The notes beneath the pieces were generated by a model that saw only the letters and a program-made list of their open reading frames with translations, made no database searches and was not told the DNA's origin. From contig CDMY01000359.1 of assembly GCA_001179505.1 (NCBI GenBank), positions 37,864-101,863 of the forward strand: a DNA stretch of 64,000 nt. The letters are read 5' to 3'. Shown one piece after another: positions 49,313-60,600 of this stretch (its first letter is position 1; each line of letters opens with the position of its first letter). The DNA is from Vitrella brassicaformis CCMP3155 (lineage: Eukaryota > Protista > Chromerida). A program made the translations under genes and the position numbers.

Positions 49313-51950
49313 TGTCGCACCGCACCGCACGAATTATGGAAGGGGAATGGGTAAAGGGGGACCAATTTTTTGCCAGCTTTCCCACTCCGTTCGTCTGTTA
49401 GCTATACGCGGCTAGTACCCTAACCGTTTCACTTCAGTTCCGCTGCGAGCCTCTCCCGGCCCCGTTACTGTGAGGGCATGACCCTCATCCAGCCACTTAC
49501 ACATTGGTGTCCTGAAATCGCAGAAAGGAGCGACTTCGGCGCGCCGCCAGTCGGCCGCGTCGCCTCCGAGGAGCCGTTCCTCTCTCAATCGCTCCCCCTC
49601 GGTCGCAGGTGACCCACCGAAGCGATCCATGCACCCAGGTTGTCATGTCGTGTCTGTTCTGGTCCTCAGGTTCTAACTTCTGGGGCGGAGGGGTCTTGGC
49701 ATGGTTGAGGTGAGCTCCTGCCTCATCCACCCCCTCTCTCTCCCTCTTTCAGATACCTGGAGGTGACCGTCCATCTGTCCGGTGCTCTCGTTGGCTTATT
49801 TCAGGTGCGCAGAATGTTCACATAGACGCTGCCAGATCAGTGGTTTGCTATCCGTCAGGCTTGTGTAGTGGCCCATGTTGAGGCCGGCCTTTCGGCTCCG
49901 CGGTAATCGCTGGTTGGCTGGAGGTCCGTCACCCTCCCTTGGCGTCGGGGGCGGAGAGGTTCACCTGCCCATTGCCGACACGGGGTAGTGTTTGTCTCGC
50001 TGGTCCTCTTCTCTGCCTTCAGGTGGGGCCTTTCCGCTCCGGGATAGGACTCGACCCTGGCTCAGCAGGACCATCACGGCTGCTCGTGGGCCTCCCGCCC
50101 ATCCGGTCTGGGTGAGCGACGAGTTCATTCATTTTGGGTGCTGGGTGTGTCTCTTTCAGGTCCGTGGGGGTTCCCTCCTACTCATGCCTTTCTTTATTGC
50201 TGGCCCCCTTCTCCTATCCCCTTCCGGCGACGTCACAGGGACGAGGCAGCATCGAGCGCCCTGCTGTGCTTACCTCCGCCTGCAATTGCGGGGTGGTAGC
50301 CTACACAAAAGGTCTTTCTCTCTTCCTGTACGTGATGCAGGGTTCCTTCCGAGTTCTTCGTGAGTGCTGGTGATATTTGTTTGTTTGAGTGAGTGAAGTA
50401 GGAGGCGAGCATGCGTCAATGGCTGGCTTGGCCAGGCCTGTATGACCATGCTATCGTCAGGCAGATGATTGTTGTATGAAGGCCGATAGTGTACGGATGT
50501 GTGTATGTTGGACTCGATGAATGTGTATGTGTGGGTGGATGCCCAGCACGTTCGTGCGTAATCGTCAATCGGTAGTCGGTTCAAGTATAACGCATATATG
50601 AGTCTTTCATCCATGTGTGGTGTCGCCCCTGGGCATGGTGCGCCCCACACACACATGTATGCAAGTCAACGCCATGCATCCCTCACGGCCCATACACATG
50701 GACAATGTCAGCCAAGGCACCGCCCTCACTTCGACTAAATACTTGAGGCGGCTCTCCATGCCTGGCCATGCGACGAATGGGCCGCACACAGACATGGCCG
50801 TGGGCACACAAGTGTCCAAGGGCTCTGGTTCATGCTCGCCTGTCGTCCGTCAGACGACTCACCAGGTTGGTGTGGTGGCCCAGCCACTCCATACTTGCCT
50901 CTGGTCCGCATGGGACCGTTTACTCTGCCAACAAAAATGCCAGGACGGCCTTCTCGGCCCCAGCCTCTGTGGTGCTTCACACCCCAGGGGCAGTCAGTTT
51001 CTCTCCTCTCACCAATTAATTTGCGTGTGCACTCTCTCTCTCTCGCGCGTGCTCTCCATAGACACGTAATCACGTAGTCATCAGGGGTCGGGGCTCATCA
51101 TCAGGGTTGACGGGCTGTGAGACATGTGTTGGTGCGTCTCAGTCCGATATACACAATGGGCGTGGATGGACGACAGGGCTCAGATCATGTGCTGGAGTGC
51201 ACCCCATATCCGTGTTGAGACGCGGCTGCCCTCCACACGTAGCACCGCGCTCGGGCTCATCCTCGGCAAGGCAACTTCACGGAAGGTCCATCAGCGGGTC
51301 GGGCCGACGGCCCGCCCAGCTGACGGAAGGAGGAGAGCCATCTTGGGGGATTACTCACGCTTCATGGCGCCCTGTGCCTTAGGCTGAATGGGGGTGGCCC
51401 CTCTCTCCGGGTAGGGAAACTCTTGGTGTGTCTCTGAGGTGAGGAGGGGTGGTGAGACACGAGGCTCACCAGTCACGCCCTGATGTTGACTTTCCTTGGA
51501 GTTGGTGGCTTGAGTGTGGTGGGATAGGAAGGGCACAGACGACCTACGGACTGGGAGTGGTCAGAAGCACTGAAAATACGACAAGTAGGGAAAAGTTGGG
51601 AAAATGATGATTTTGGTGATCGGGATGAAGCGAAAATGGCAGGAATGTCGAGCCGTTAGACACAGGTTTTTCCCTGTGGAAAACCACTTTTTCCCGGGAG
51701 AAAGTTCACTTTTTCCAGGAAGAAAGTCATTTTCTTCAGGTAGAAAACCACTTTTTCCCGGGAGAAAACTACTTTTTCCCGGGGGAAATTCATTCTTTCC
51801 AGGGAGAAAGTGAATCTCTCCAGGACGATGGAATATTTCCCTTGAGTGAAATATTCCATTTTACGGAATCCCAAACCCTGAGTCTCGACGGGGAAATGGG
51901 CACCCCCCTCTCCCTTCTTTCATTTGTTTTCCGAAAAAGTGTCACCGACA
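49313..51950. mobile_element. 2,638-bp solo-LTR-like insertion
   Basis: Ends TGTCG..CGACA; 5-bp TSD ATGAT (49308-49312, 51951-51955); excision restores GCC ATG CAT GAT CTG GGT GTG (AMHDLGV) of the Copia RT. Confidence 0.85.
51663..51825. repeat. ~21-bp tandem repeat, about 8 units
   Basis: Consensus CACTTTTTCCCGGGAGAAAAC; unit starts 51663, 51685, 51707, 51728, 51749, 51770, 51791, 51812. Confidence 0.8.
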
Positions 51951-54037
51951 ATGATCTGGGTGTGCTCAAGTACGTACCTCGTGATTCGGTCAGTGGGAGA
52001 GTGATCCAAGCCAAATGGGTCTTCAAACAGAAACCTGACCGCAAGAAGGCACGGTTGGTCGCCAAGGGCTTCGAGCAGGTGCTGCGAGACGACGAAGAGA
52101 CGTACGCACCCACGATGTCTGCCCAGGCTGTGCGTACCTTCCTGGCGGCAATCCAGAAGAATGGCTGGCCCATGCGTCAGTTGGACGTCAACACGGCGTC
52201 AGGGTTGAATGCACCATTGGACAACCCTGTGTATATGGAGTGCCCCGAGGGATACGAGAAGCCAGGGTGCGTCATCGCTGCAGAAGGCCATTTATGGGCT
52301 GCGAGAAGCACCGCGTGCTTGGAACCAGCTGCTGGTGAAATGGCTGAAGTCCGTGGGCTTCGTAGCTCTCGATGCAGACCCCTGCATATTCACATTCAAC
52401 AGCAGACAGTTGTGGTTGGGCGTGGTGGTCGATGATATCGTCTACACAGGGAGCGACGCTGACCCGAGATGGTTCCTGGACGCAATCGGACACCCTGAGA
52501 CGGGTCGATTTGCCATCAAGGATCTGGATAAAGTGAACACCTTTGTGGGCATCAAGATCAGTCAAGACAAGGAGAAGGGCGTGATGACCCTGTCGCAGGA
52601 GAAATACATCAACAGCATGGTCGGAGAAATACATCAACAGCATGGTCAAGAAGTTCCGGGTGGAACATGCTGTGCCTGCTACGTCACCCCTGCCTCTTGG
52701 TCTGCGCCTTACCAAAGACATGGGACCGAAGACTGAGGATGAGGCGAGAGAGGCACTCAAGCTGCCGTACAGAGAGCTGGTGGGAAGCCTCTTATATAGC
52801 GCCGTCACAGTGAGACCTGACATTGCTTATGCAACGAAGGAGCTGACAAAGTTCTACAGCTGCTGGGGCAGGACTCACCAAATAGGGACTCACTTCAAGC
52901 ATGCGTGCCATGTGTTGCGCTACCTGAAAGCAACCGCCTCTCGTGGTCTGGTCTTCAAGAGCACACCCACGGCTGACGTGCTGTGGTGCCCGCATTGTGG
53001 TGTTCGTCATGAGGAGCCTCCAGTTGGCGAACACCTCATCTGGGCAGGCTCGAAGGTCATCAACCTGCACAAGCCACACAAGATTCACGTGTGCCACAAG
53101 TGCAGCGAAGGATGGGATGAAGGCAGGCCGTATCTTGGCGTCATACCTGGCGATGCGAACGACGAGAGCGCACCCACATTGGTGGCCTACTCTGATGCGT
53201 CGTGGGCCGACCAGGAGAACTCCAAGAGCACAGGCGGCTTCATCATCTACTTGGATGAGAATCCACTGGCCTGGTCGAGCCCGACAGAGTCAGAATGCAT
53301 CGCTGCGAGTGACTGCACGCGTGAGTTGCTGTACCTCAGGAATGTGCTGGAGGGGCTGGGGTTCAAGCTGCCAGCTGCTGTTCTGTTCGGTGATAACCAA
53401 GGCTGCATACAGAACATCAAGAACCACCAGGCGTCCAAGAAGACGCGACACATTGCCATCAAGTACAACTTTGTGCGTGATACATACCAGCAAGGGCTGA
53501 TCAAGCCCGAGTATGTTGCGTCCAAGGAGAACGTGGCTGACGTCCTGACGAAGGCTCTCCCTGTGCCTCAACGCGCCAAGCTGACCTGCAGGTTGACTGG
53601 GCTGGTGGGCGCTGACAGCCTCACTCTGATGGACGAACCTGAGAGTAAGAAAAAGAGGTAGAAGACCAACAAGGAACCGTCCAAGAGTGCTGCTGTGTAG
53701 AAATCTGGCTGAACCAAGGAAGGGAGAGTCCCATTGTGTTTGTGTGTGAGTGATGGGCTGTGAGTGTTTTTGCTTGGCGTAGCTGTTGTCTTGCTTGAAG
53801 GGGGGTGCCCTAGGCACTCTCACACTACTCTGCTTTCCTGCAGTTAAGTGGCTGGGATTTGATGGGTTGGCTCAGTCGCCGTTCAGCAAGATGCGTTGCG
53901 TAGATAGGCTCTCTTTCGCTGCAAGAGGGGTAGAGGGGCGTAGATCTGTCGGGGCTCATGCTTTTGCCTTTGGCCCTCGAGTCGTATGGGCGGAGGCCTC
54001 CAACCATGGAGATATATCCACATATACCTTCCCATAT

Positions 54038-54235
54038 GAAGTTTCCCTCCTTCGTCGGGCTGGCGGGACTCGCTCGCGTTCGCGAAACGAAATGCAAAGC
54101 CCCCATGCATGCAAAGCCCCCAAGCTCGCATGCAAGCCCCCACAAGGGAACCGAAGGGAATTGCTAGCTTGGCCCCAATTACGGACAAACAAACGGACGG
54201 ATATACACTTTGTTTCGTAAGAGCGTGCCACGCTC
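54038..54235. repeat. Further unit of the 48.4-49.0 kb minisatellite
   Basis: Same unit sequence resumes just after the Copia 3' region. Confidence 0.85.
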
Positions 54236-54672
54236 GCCAAACTCGCGAGTCCCGAATGTGGATTTTTCAACGGTCCGTGAGTCTGCTGCTAGAGAGTGGT
54301 TCACCACTCCATCCATCCATCCATCCGCCCCTTCCCCAGAGACGAGGTCTGGGGGAGGGGCCATATTCATACCACCTCCTCCCCTGTGCCCATGTGCGTG
54401 TGTCTGAGGCTGGAGTGTTGTGTGTTTCTATGAGCGTCACCGTTGCCCCGAGAGCTGGCTAAGCCCCATTGCCTAACACACGAGGGGCTCTTTCTTTCTT
54501 TGCTCGCATCTGACGTGGACTTTTGCTTGAAGAGGGGCCCTCCGGGCACTCTCACATGGGGTTTCACGGAGGTGAAGGGATTTCGGAGAGGAATGGGAGA
54601 GAGGAGGAGGGCAGTGGGAGAGCGGGATGAGCTATGGCGATGGGAAAAGGGTGCATGCAGTCATGCGACTCT

Positions 54673-57600
54673 TGGTTGGTTGGTTGGGTAGGGTGTTTAA
54701 CGAGACTCGTGTCTGTAACCCCGGAGGGGATCCTGTCATGTCACGGACTAAACTAGCAACATGCACATGCATGGAAGCATGCACACGTCCTATCTACCCA
54801 GCCCGTTCCCACCCCCACCCACACGACATGCACATGCCAGCCCTATGATGGTCAGAAAAATCACTGTGAACCCCGGCTGCGCATGTACGAGAGGACAGGC
54901 AGACATGGGCATGACGCACAGAGGCTAGTCAGAGAGCTCGACGTCGAGCGCCCACTGATCTAATACATGCTGTTCGTACAGCAAGTCGTCGCCTGCCCCT
55001 GTCTGACTGTCTGGCAAGAATGGATTAAGTGCAAGCCACTCAGTGCGTGTTGCCTGTGCTGACAGAAGAAAGTCGGCCGCTGCAGAAAGCACCGGCAGTT
55101 TGTCCGATTGCAGCACACAACAAGTGAACACAATGGGATGTGACCTGCGCCACCGACGATAACTACAGGCATCAGGGACAGTCACGCCATGCTGGGCAAT
55201 AACTCTGTGGAGTGTGTCACGAATAGAACGATACAATGGGCAGCAGGCAAAAATATGAGACTCATCCTCAATGGGAGGGCGCATGATTGACTGCCCAGTT
55301 AGGCTCACGGCAGATACGAGCAAGTCAGTTCTGTGCGAGCAAAACTGGCATACGCTGCCCTCTCGCGGCGCCGGCCGAGGATGCGTCCATCCATGATGGC
55401 AGAAGGGTAGCAGCCAACACGAAAAAGAAACAGAACACGACGCTCACGAAACGGCAGTGACAGGTAGGAAGGAAAGCACGGCAACGGCTGAATGAGGCGA
55501 TGGAGCCAATCTTGCCCTTGTTGCATGCAGCACATGTATGTACGCAGCAGCAGGCACATATGGCGCCATACACACAATCGAATCCATGTCACACGGGCAG
55601 TCACGTAAGGGAGATGGAACGATGTAGGCGAGGAAATGCTAAAGAAAAAGCATGATTGAACAGAGAGGATGGCACGAACAGCTCCTTGCGTGCTTGAAAG
55701 GGGGCTCTACGAGTAACAGCTGTCTGGCCACACGCATATGTGCGCCAAGGCAGCAAGGATATCGCCTCGGCGGAGAGAGAGAGGGGCGGAGGAAGGGAGG
55801 GAGTGTTACGCATATCAGGCAAGCGAGCACGATTCCATCGCTCGGTCAAAATACGAGCAAACTCTGCCTTTGTGTGCGCCGTGATCATGTGTTTGATATC
55901 GATAGCACTCAGCGGGCCAATCTGACTGATACGGACTCGCTGGCCCATGAAATCGAATGTGCGTGCAAACAGAGTGAATGTGTTGTGCTTTTGCGTGTGG
56001 AAATAAGAGTCGTTGCCCTGCATGCGCCGGAATGACGGAGCAGACCGGTACGCATGCTGTGCAACAGCAAAAGCCTTCTCTGCAAGGATGCCAGCTCTGC
56101 GATTGCGCAGGCGGATATAGAAGGACAGCTGGCGACAACGCGCCTCGAAGAGCACCGAAAAACGACCAAGCTCACACAGCAAGGCCTCAGTAGAGACACG
56201 ACGAGTGTCCATACAGGACAGCAAGTAGTGCTGATGGAGACGCTCAAGAGCATCACAGTTAGTGCCCGCCGACAGCTCACTACCGTACAGGTAGACGGGC
56301 GCCACTGTGGCATCATACAAGTGGAAGCGTGTTTGCAGGTCAAGGGCAGGAAGCTGCCTAAGGCGACGACGATATACCGCTAGCGCAGCCACGCCTTTCC
56401 TGGTCATCATGTCTATGTGATGCTCCCACTCGACCCTCTCATGAAACCATACACCCAGATAGCGGACCAACGGCACTCGTTCTAGTAGCTTATCTGGCGT
56501 CCCAAAGTAGACCTGTCTGTCTGCCTCACTCGATGGCACCTGATCAGGATGAAACACAACAATTTTGGTTTTGTCTAGGTGCACATCCATGTGGTTGACG
56601 CGACACCACTGAAACAAACGATCCAAGCTACGTTGAAGCCCAGCAGCAGTAGTGTGCATTAGAGCGAGGTCATCAGCATACAGCAGGCAGAAGACGAGCA
56701 CATCGAGCAAGGTGAGAAGGTCAGGTGGGGATGCATGTCCGTCGCGAATGAAGCCAGGCAAATCACTAACAGAGAGGGAAAACAGAAGGGGGCCTAGCAC
56801 ATCGCCTTGCTTGACGCCATGCAGCTCATTGAAGATGGCAGAGGAACCTTCATACCCGCCATCCACGCAAGCCTCCACGTTAGCATACAGAGCCTCGAGA
56901 GCTCGAACGAGTTGCTCGCTAATGCCACTGGCGCGTAACTTACACCAAAGCAGGCTACGATTGATCGAGGAGTAAGCATGAGGTGCATTCATGCTTTCTT
57001 GGCATGTACTCGCGCGTGAAAGGCCCCACTTTGTCTGTCTTCCCCTCCCCCGAGCACAACGAGTCTTCAGACGGCTTTCCAACTGCAATTTGTGCCAGTG
57101 TGCGACTGCGATATTGTCTCTTTCCTATGAACATTGACCCATTGAAGCTTGCCGTTTGAAGCCCCCTCCCCCTTGAACAGCCCCCTCCCCCGTTCAAGGG
57201 GGAGGGAGCGACATTGCACGGTGCGCACAAACATCTGACTTCACAGGATGTGCTTTCACTGCAATCACCCATCAAAAACAGTCGATTCCCGGCTTCTGGA
57301 CCAGTCCTACGCTAATGACTGAGTCCTCTTCATCCGCTCTCCCCGGATCCTTGCAAAATACAGTCAGATCGTTGTGGCTCTGGCATCCTCCCTTTCACGA
57401 GATACCCTAAACCTCAGCCCGTGGCCAATCGCGATCATCATCGTGTATATTCGACTTTGGTGCGACATTTTGCCTGGTGTGCCTTCCCGATCGCCTCCCA
57501 TTACTCGGGGGCCCCTCCCCCCTCGTAACCGTTCGTCGAGCCGCGTTCGCGGCGAGGCCCATCGAGTCGAAGGCCTTGCGAAAATCGACAAAACAGACAT

Positions 57601-60600
57601 AGAGAGGAGAGCCAGCCCGCTTGGCACGTTCGATGAGTGTGGCTAACACAAGACACTGTCCGATGGCGGTACCCCCTAGGCACGTAACCTTCTGAAGGCG
57701 CATCATTCAAACTCGCAGCTGGTCAACACATTTTTTCGTTCCTTCAGCCCTCTACGTACCTTTTCATTCGGTGCTCTGGCCGACGGATTTTTTTCGCATG
57801 CTGGTCACAGACCAGAACGCAAAATTTCATTTCGGAGGATGACGAACGAAACTTTTCATTTCCCAGCGCGATCCATGGTGGGGGAAAGTGTACGTAGAAG
57901 CCATGGCGGCTTTTGATGAGGTCCTTGATGCGGTCTTCCACCGCATTATTTCAAATGGCCGCTGTCTGGACTGCACATTTTCATTCGCCTCGCTGTTCCT
58001 CGATGCACTTTTTCAATCCTCGCTCTCTCCGACGCATTTTTTCATTTCGGGCGGTCGCCCAGCGCACATTTTCAAAAAAACGAACATGCTCAGCGTAACG
58101 TGTCCAGGGGGTAGATGGCGGAGTGATTCGTACGACATCCTGCTTGTCCCGGACATATCTTAGCTTGCTGCAGCAGCAAAGGCTGAAGCACATTACCATA
58201 CAGCTTCATGAAGACAGGCAGTAAGTGAATGCCACGATAATTATCAGGATCACTCATTGTTCCCTTCTTGTGAATAGGACGAATGATGATAGAGTCATTA
58301 GTATACCCCCAGTGAGACGTATGGAGATATGCTGAGAACCGCTACGATGGGATCTCCTACCTTACGAATGATGGAGTAAGTGATACCATCCATGCCTGGT
58401 GCACTCGTCTTAGAGCAGTCAGTCAGGGCACTATGCAGGTGGGCAGAAGTGAAGGGTTGGTGTGCCTGCCAGCTGACTGCCAAAGGCGGGCCGCGCACCG
58501 CCTCATTCAGCAGCTCAGCCAGCGCAGGAGACATTGCATTGAAGTACGGTACATTGAGGCCTTGAAAAAGCGCGGCAAATGCACCAGCGAACACATCAGC
58601 GGACATCAGCGAACATTTCAGCGGATGGACAGTCAACAGGCAACCGAGAGGATGTGCCGGGAGGGGAGAGCAAGCGCCAGAAGTCGCGAGGGCAGTGGCG
58701 GCGCGAAAAAGTCACTTCTCGCAACAACGCACTGGCACGAGCGAACTTGTGGCTACGACAGACACGATCACGATAGCTGCGGGCACGCAATGACTCATCT
58801 AGCGTGCGGGCAGCATCATGTGCAGACCCATATCGTAGCGCATATATATAAGCACGGTATGCATGAGACGCGCGCGAGATTGCACGATTGACCTCAGGGG
58901 AGCGAGGACATTTAGACACGCCAAAATGGCGGCCCGCCCTCTAGCTGGTTGAGGAGGGTGTGTGCAGCCCTCGCTCGACAGTCGATAAGACGACCGTGCC
59001 GATGCAAGAGATGAGTCAGTGAGTCAAGCAGTGCTCGCGCGCAGGCTGCCGCTCGAACGGCATCCCCACGCCGACATGCATCAGAATGTGCAGAGCGTAG
59101 ATGAAGACGAGCAGGGTCAGTCGCCAATGATGCACGAATAGCACCGACAGCCTGCACGCTCCACACGTATCTCACCCTGCCCTGCCTTGGCGTGGCTGCC
59201 TGCACCCGGCTACGAAGGCTAGTCAAAGATGGAGGCACCACAACGGGCATGATAGCCCATGACAGACATCGGTGCGGTGTATGAAATGCATGGTCGTCTA
59301 CAGAAAAATGACTGGCGCGAAGGAAGATCTGTGGCGAGGCAGCTACATAGTCAATGACGCTATGCTTCCTCCCTTGTATACACGTAGGCTGAGCCGTCCT
59401 CGTAACAGGGCAGGAGCCTATCTGGCGACCATTAAAGAGCAGAAGGCATGATGCCTTGCACAGAGCGAGCAGCCAGACGCCCATCCAGTTACAGGGGTGA
59501 GAGCAATCACTGACACGCGTCGGTGGATTAAGCAAAAGGGGGTGCAGTGCTGTCGAGTCAATGCCAATATCTGCATAATCCGACGGCGGCAAAGTGTCAG
59601 GGTCAGTCGCCGTCATGGCGTTAAAATCACCACACAAAAGCACATAACCATCCTCAACCAGTTGCTCACACAGCAGGGTGAAGGCACTCCACCACTCACC
59701 GCCCTGGCCGTCGTCATCGAGGCGCATGAAAGGAGGCACGTAGCAGGCAAGCAGAAACACTGGGCGGTCCAGACCGAACAGCTGCTGGTCCGCTCTCAGT
59801 ATGACTACATTAGAAAGTGGCGTCTCTCGACATGTGAGCAGGTGAGTGACGCGCGTACTCGTGTACCACGCAACCCCGCCCGACTTGACTTGTTTGTTCG
59901 CCGAACTACACAAGAGGGCACGTGGCGAAGACCAGCAAGTATAGCCAGTGAGAGCCACAGGCGGGTCATCCTCGTCCTGTTTCGTCTCAATAAAGGCGAG
60001 AAAGTCATAACGAACGCGTTTGCAACCATCCCACATACAAAAATCATCCAGCAAATCACCATATGCACGGAACTCCGCCGCTAAGTCCTGGATATTCAAA
60101 CACAGAAACGTGAATGCCGATCGACGCAATGCATCCATGCATGGATGGGCGAGGCCGACGGCTGGAGCGGCCGCGTCCCGCGCCAGATGAGCGCTGTGCG
60201 CCTGCTGGGCCGCCCCTGGTGGGCACTGGCTGTCTATGAATGGGCCTGCCTCTCGCCCGCCCCCTGCCCCTGCCTCTTCCTTTCCCCCCGCGTGCTGCTA
60301 GCCAGTCGGCCATATGCAAAAATACACGGGCACACCACTTGCCCATCCCCCGCCCACAACACAACACCGCACGCAACATGCATGGATCAGACGCCCCGCC
60401 CACATGTAATGAAGCATGACTTGTACCTGTACGATGAGCTGATCGTGCCTCCAGCACGCATGAGGAGAGCGACCCAGGCGGCATGCCTCCCCCCTCACCG
60501 GAGACGCGAGGCATGCCCCCTGGTGCCGCCATGCTCTGAAGATGCAACGAGTCAGTCAGATTTGTGCCCCTCTTCCCTCCTACATACGCATGAAACGCAC

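Larger units (their letters stand above)
49123..53661 (+). mobile_element. 5'-truncated, frameshifted Copia RT-RNase H (interrupted by a nested insertion)
   Basis: EPKNYRQATEGPDCEGWTEAMDKE; KWVFK..KARLVAKGF; QLDV; KAIYGLREAPRAW; VVDD; YRELVGSLLY..RPDIAY; YSDASW; DNQG; RHIAIKY; ADVLTK. Stop at 49298-49300, frameshifts ~52275 and 52623. Confidence 0.92.

Noticed and set aside
53797-54022. PPT (GAAGGGGGG) and 3' LTR of the RT-bearing Copia
   Set aside because: Plausible start TG at 53806, but no second LTR, terminal inverted repeat or TSD to fix the boundary.
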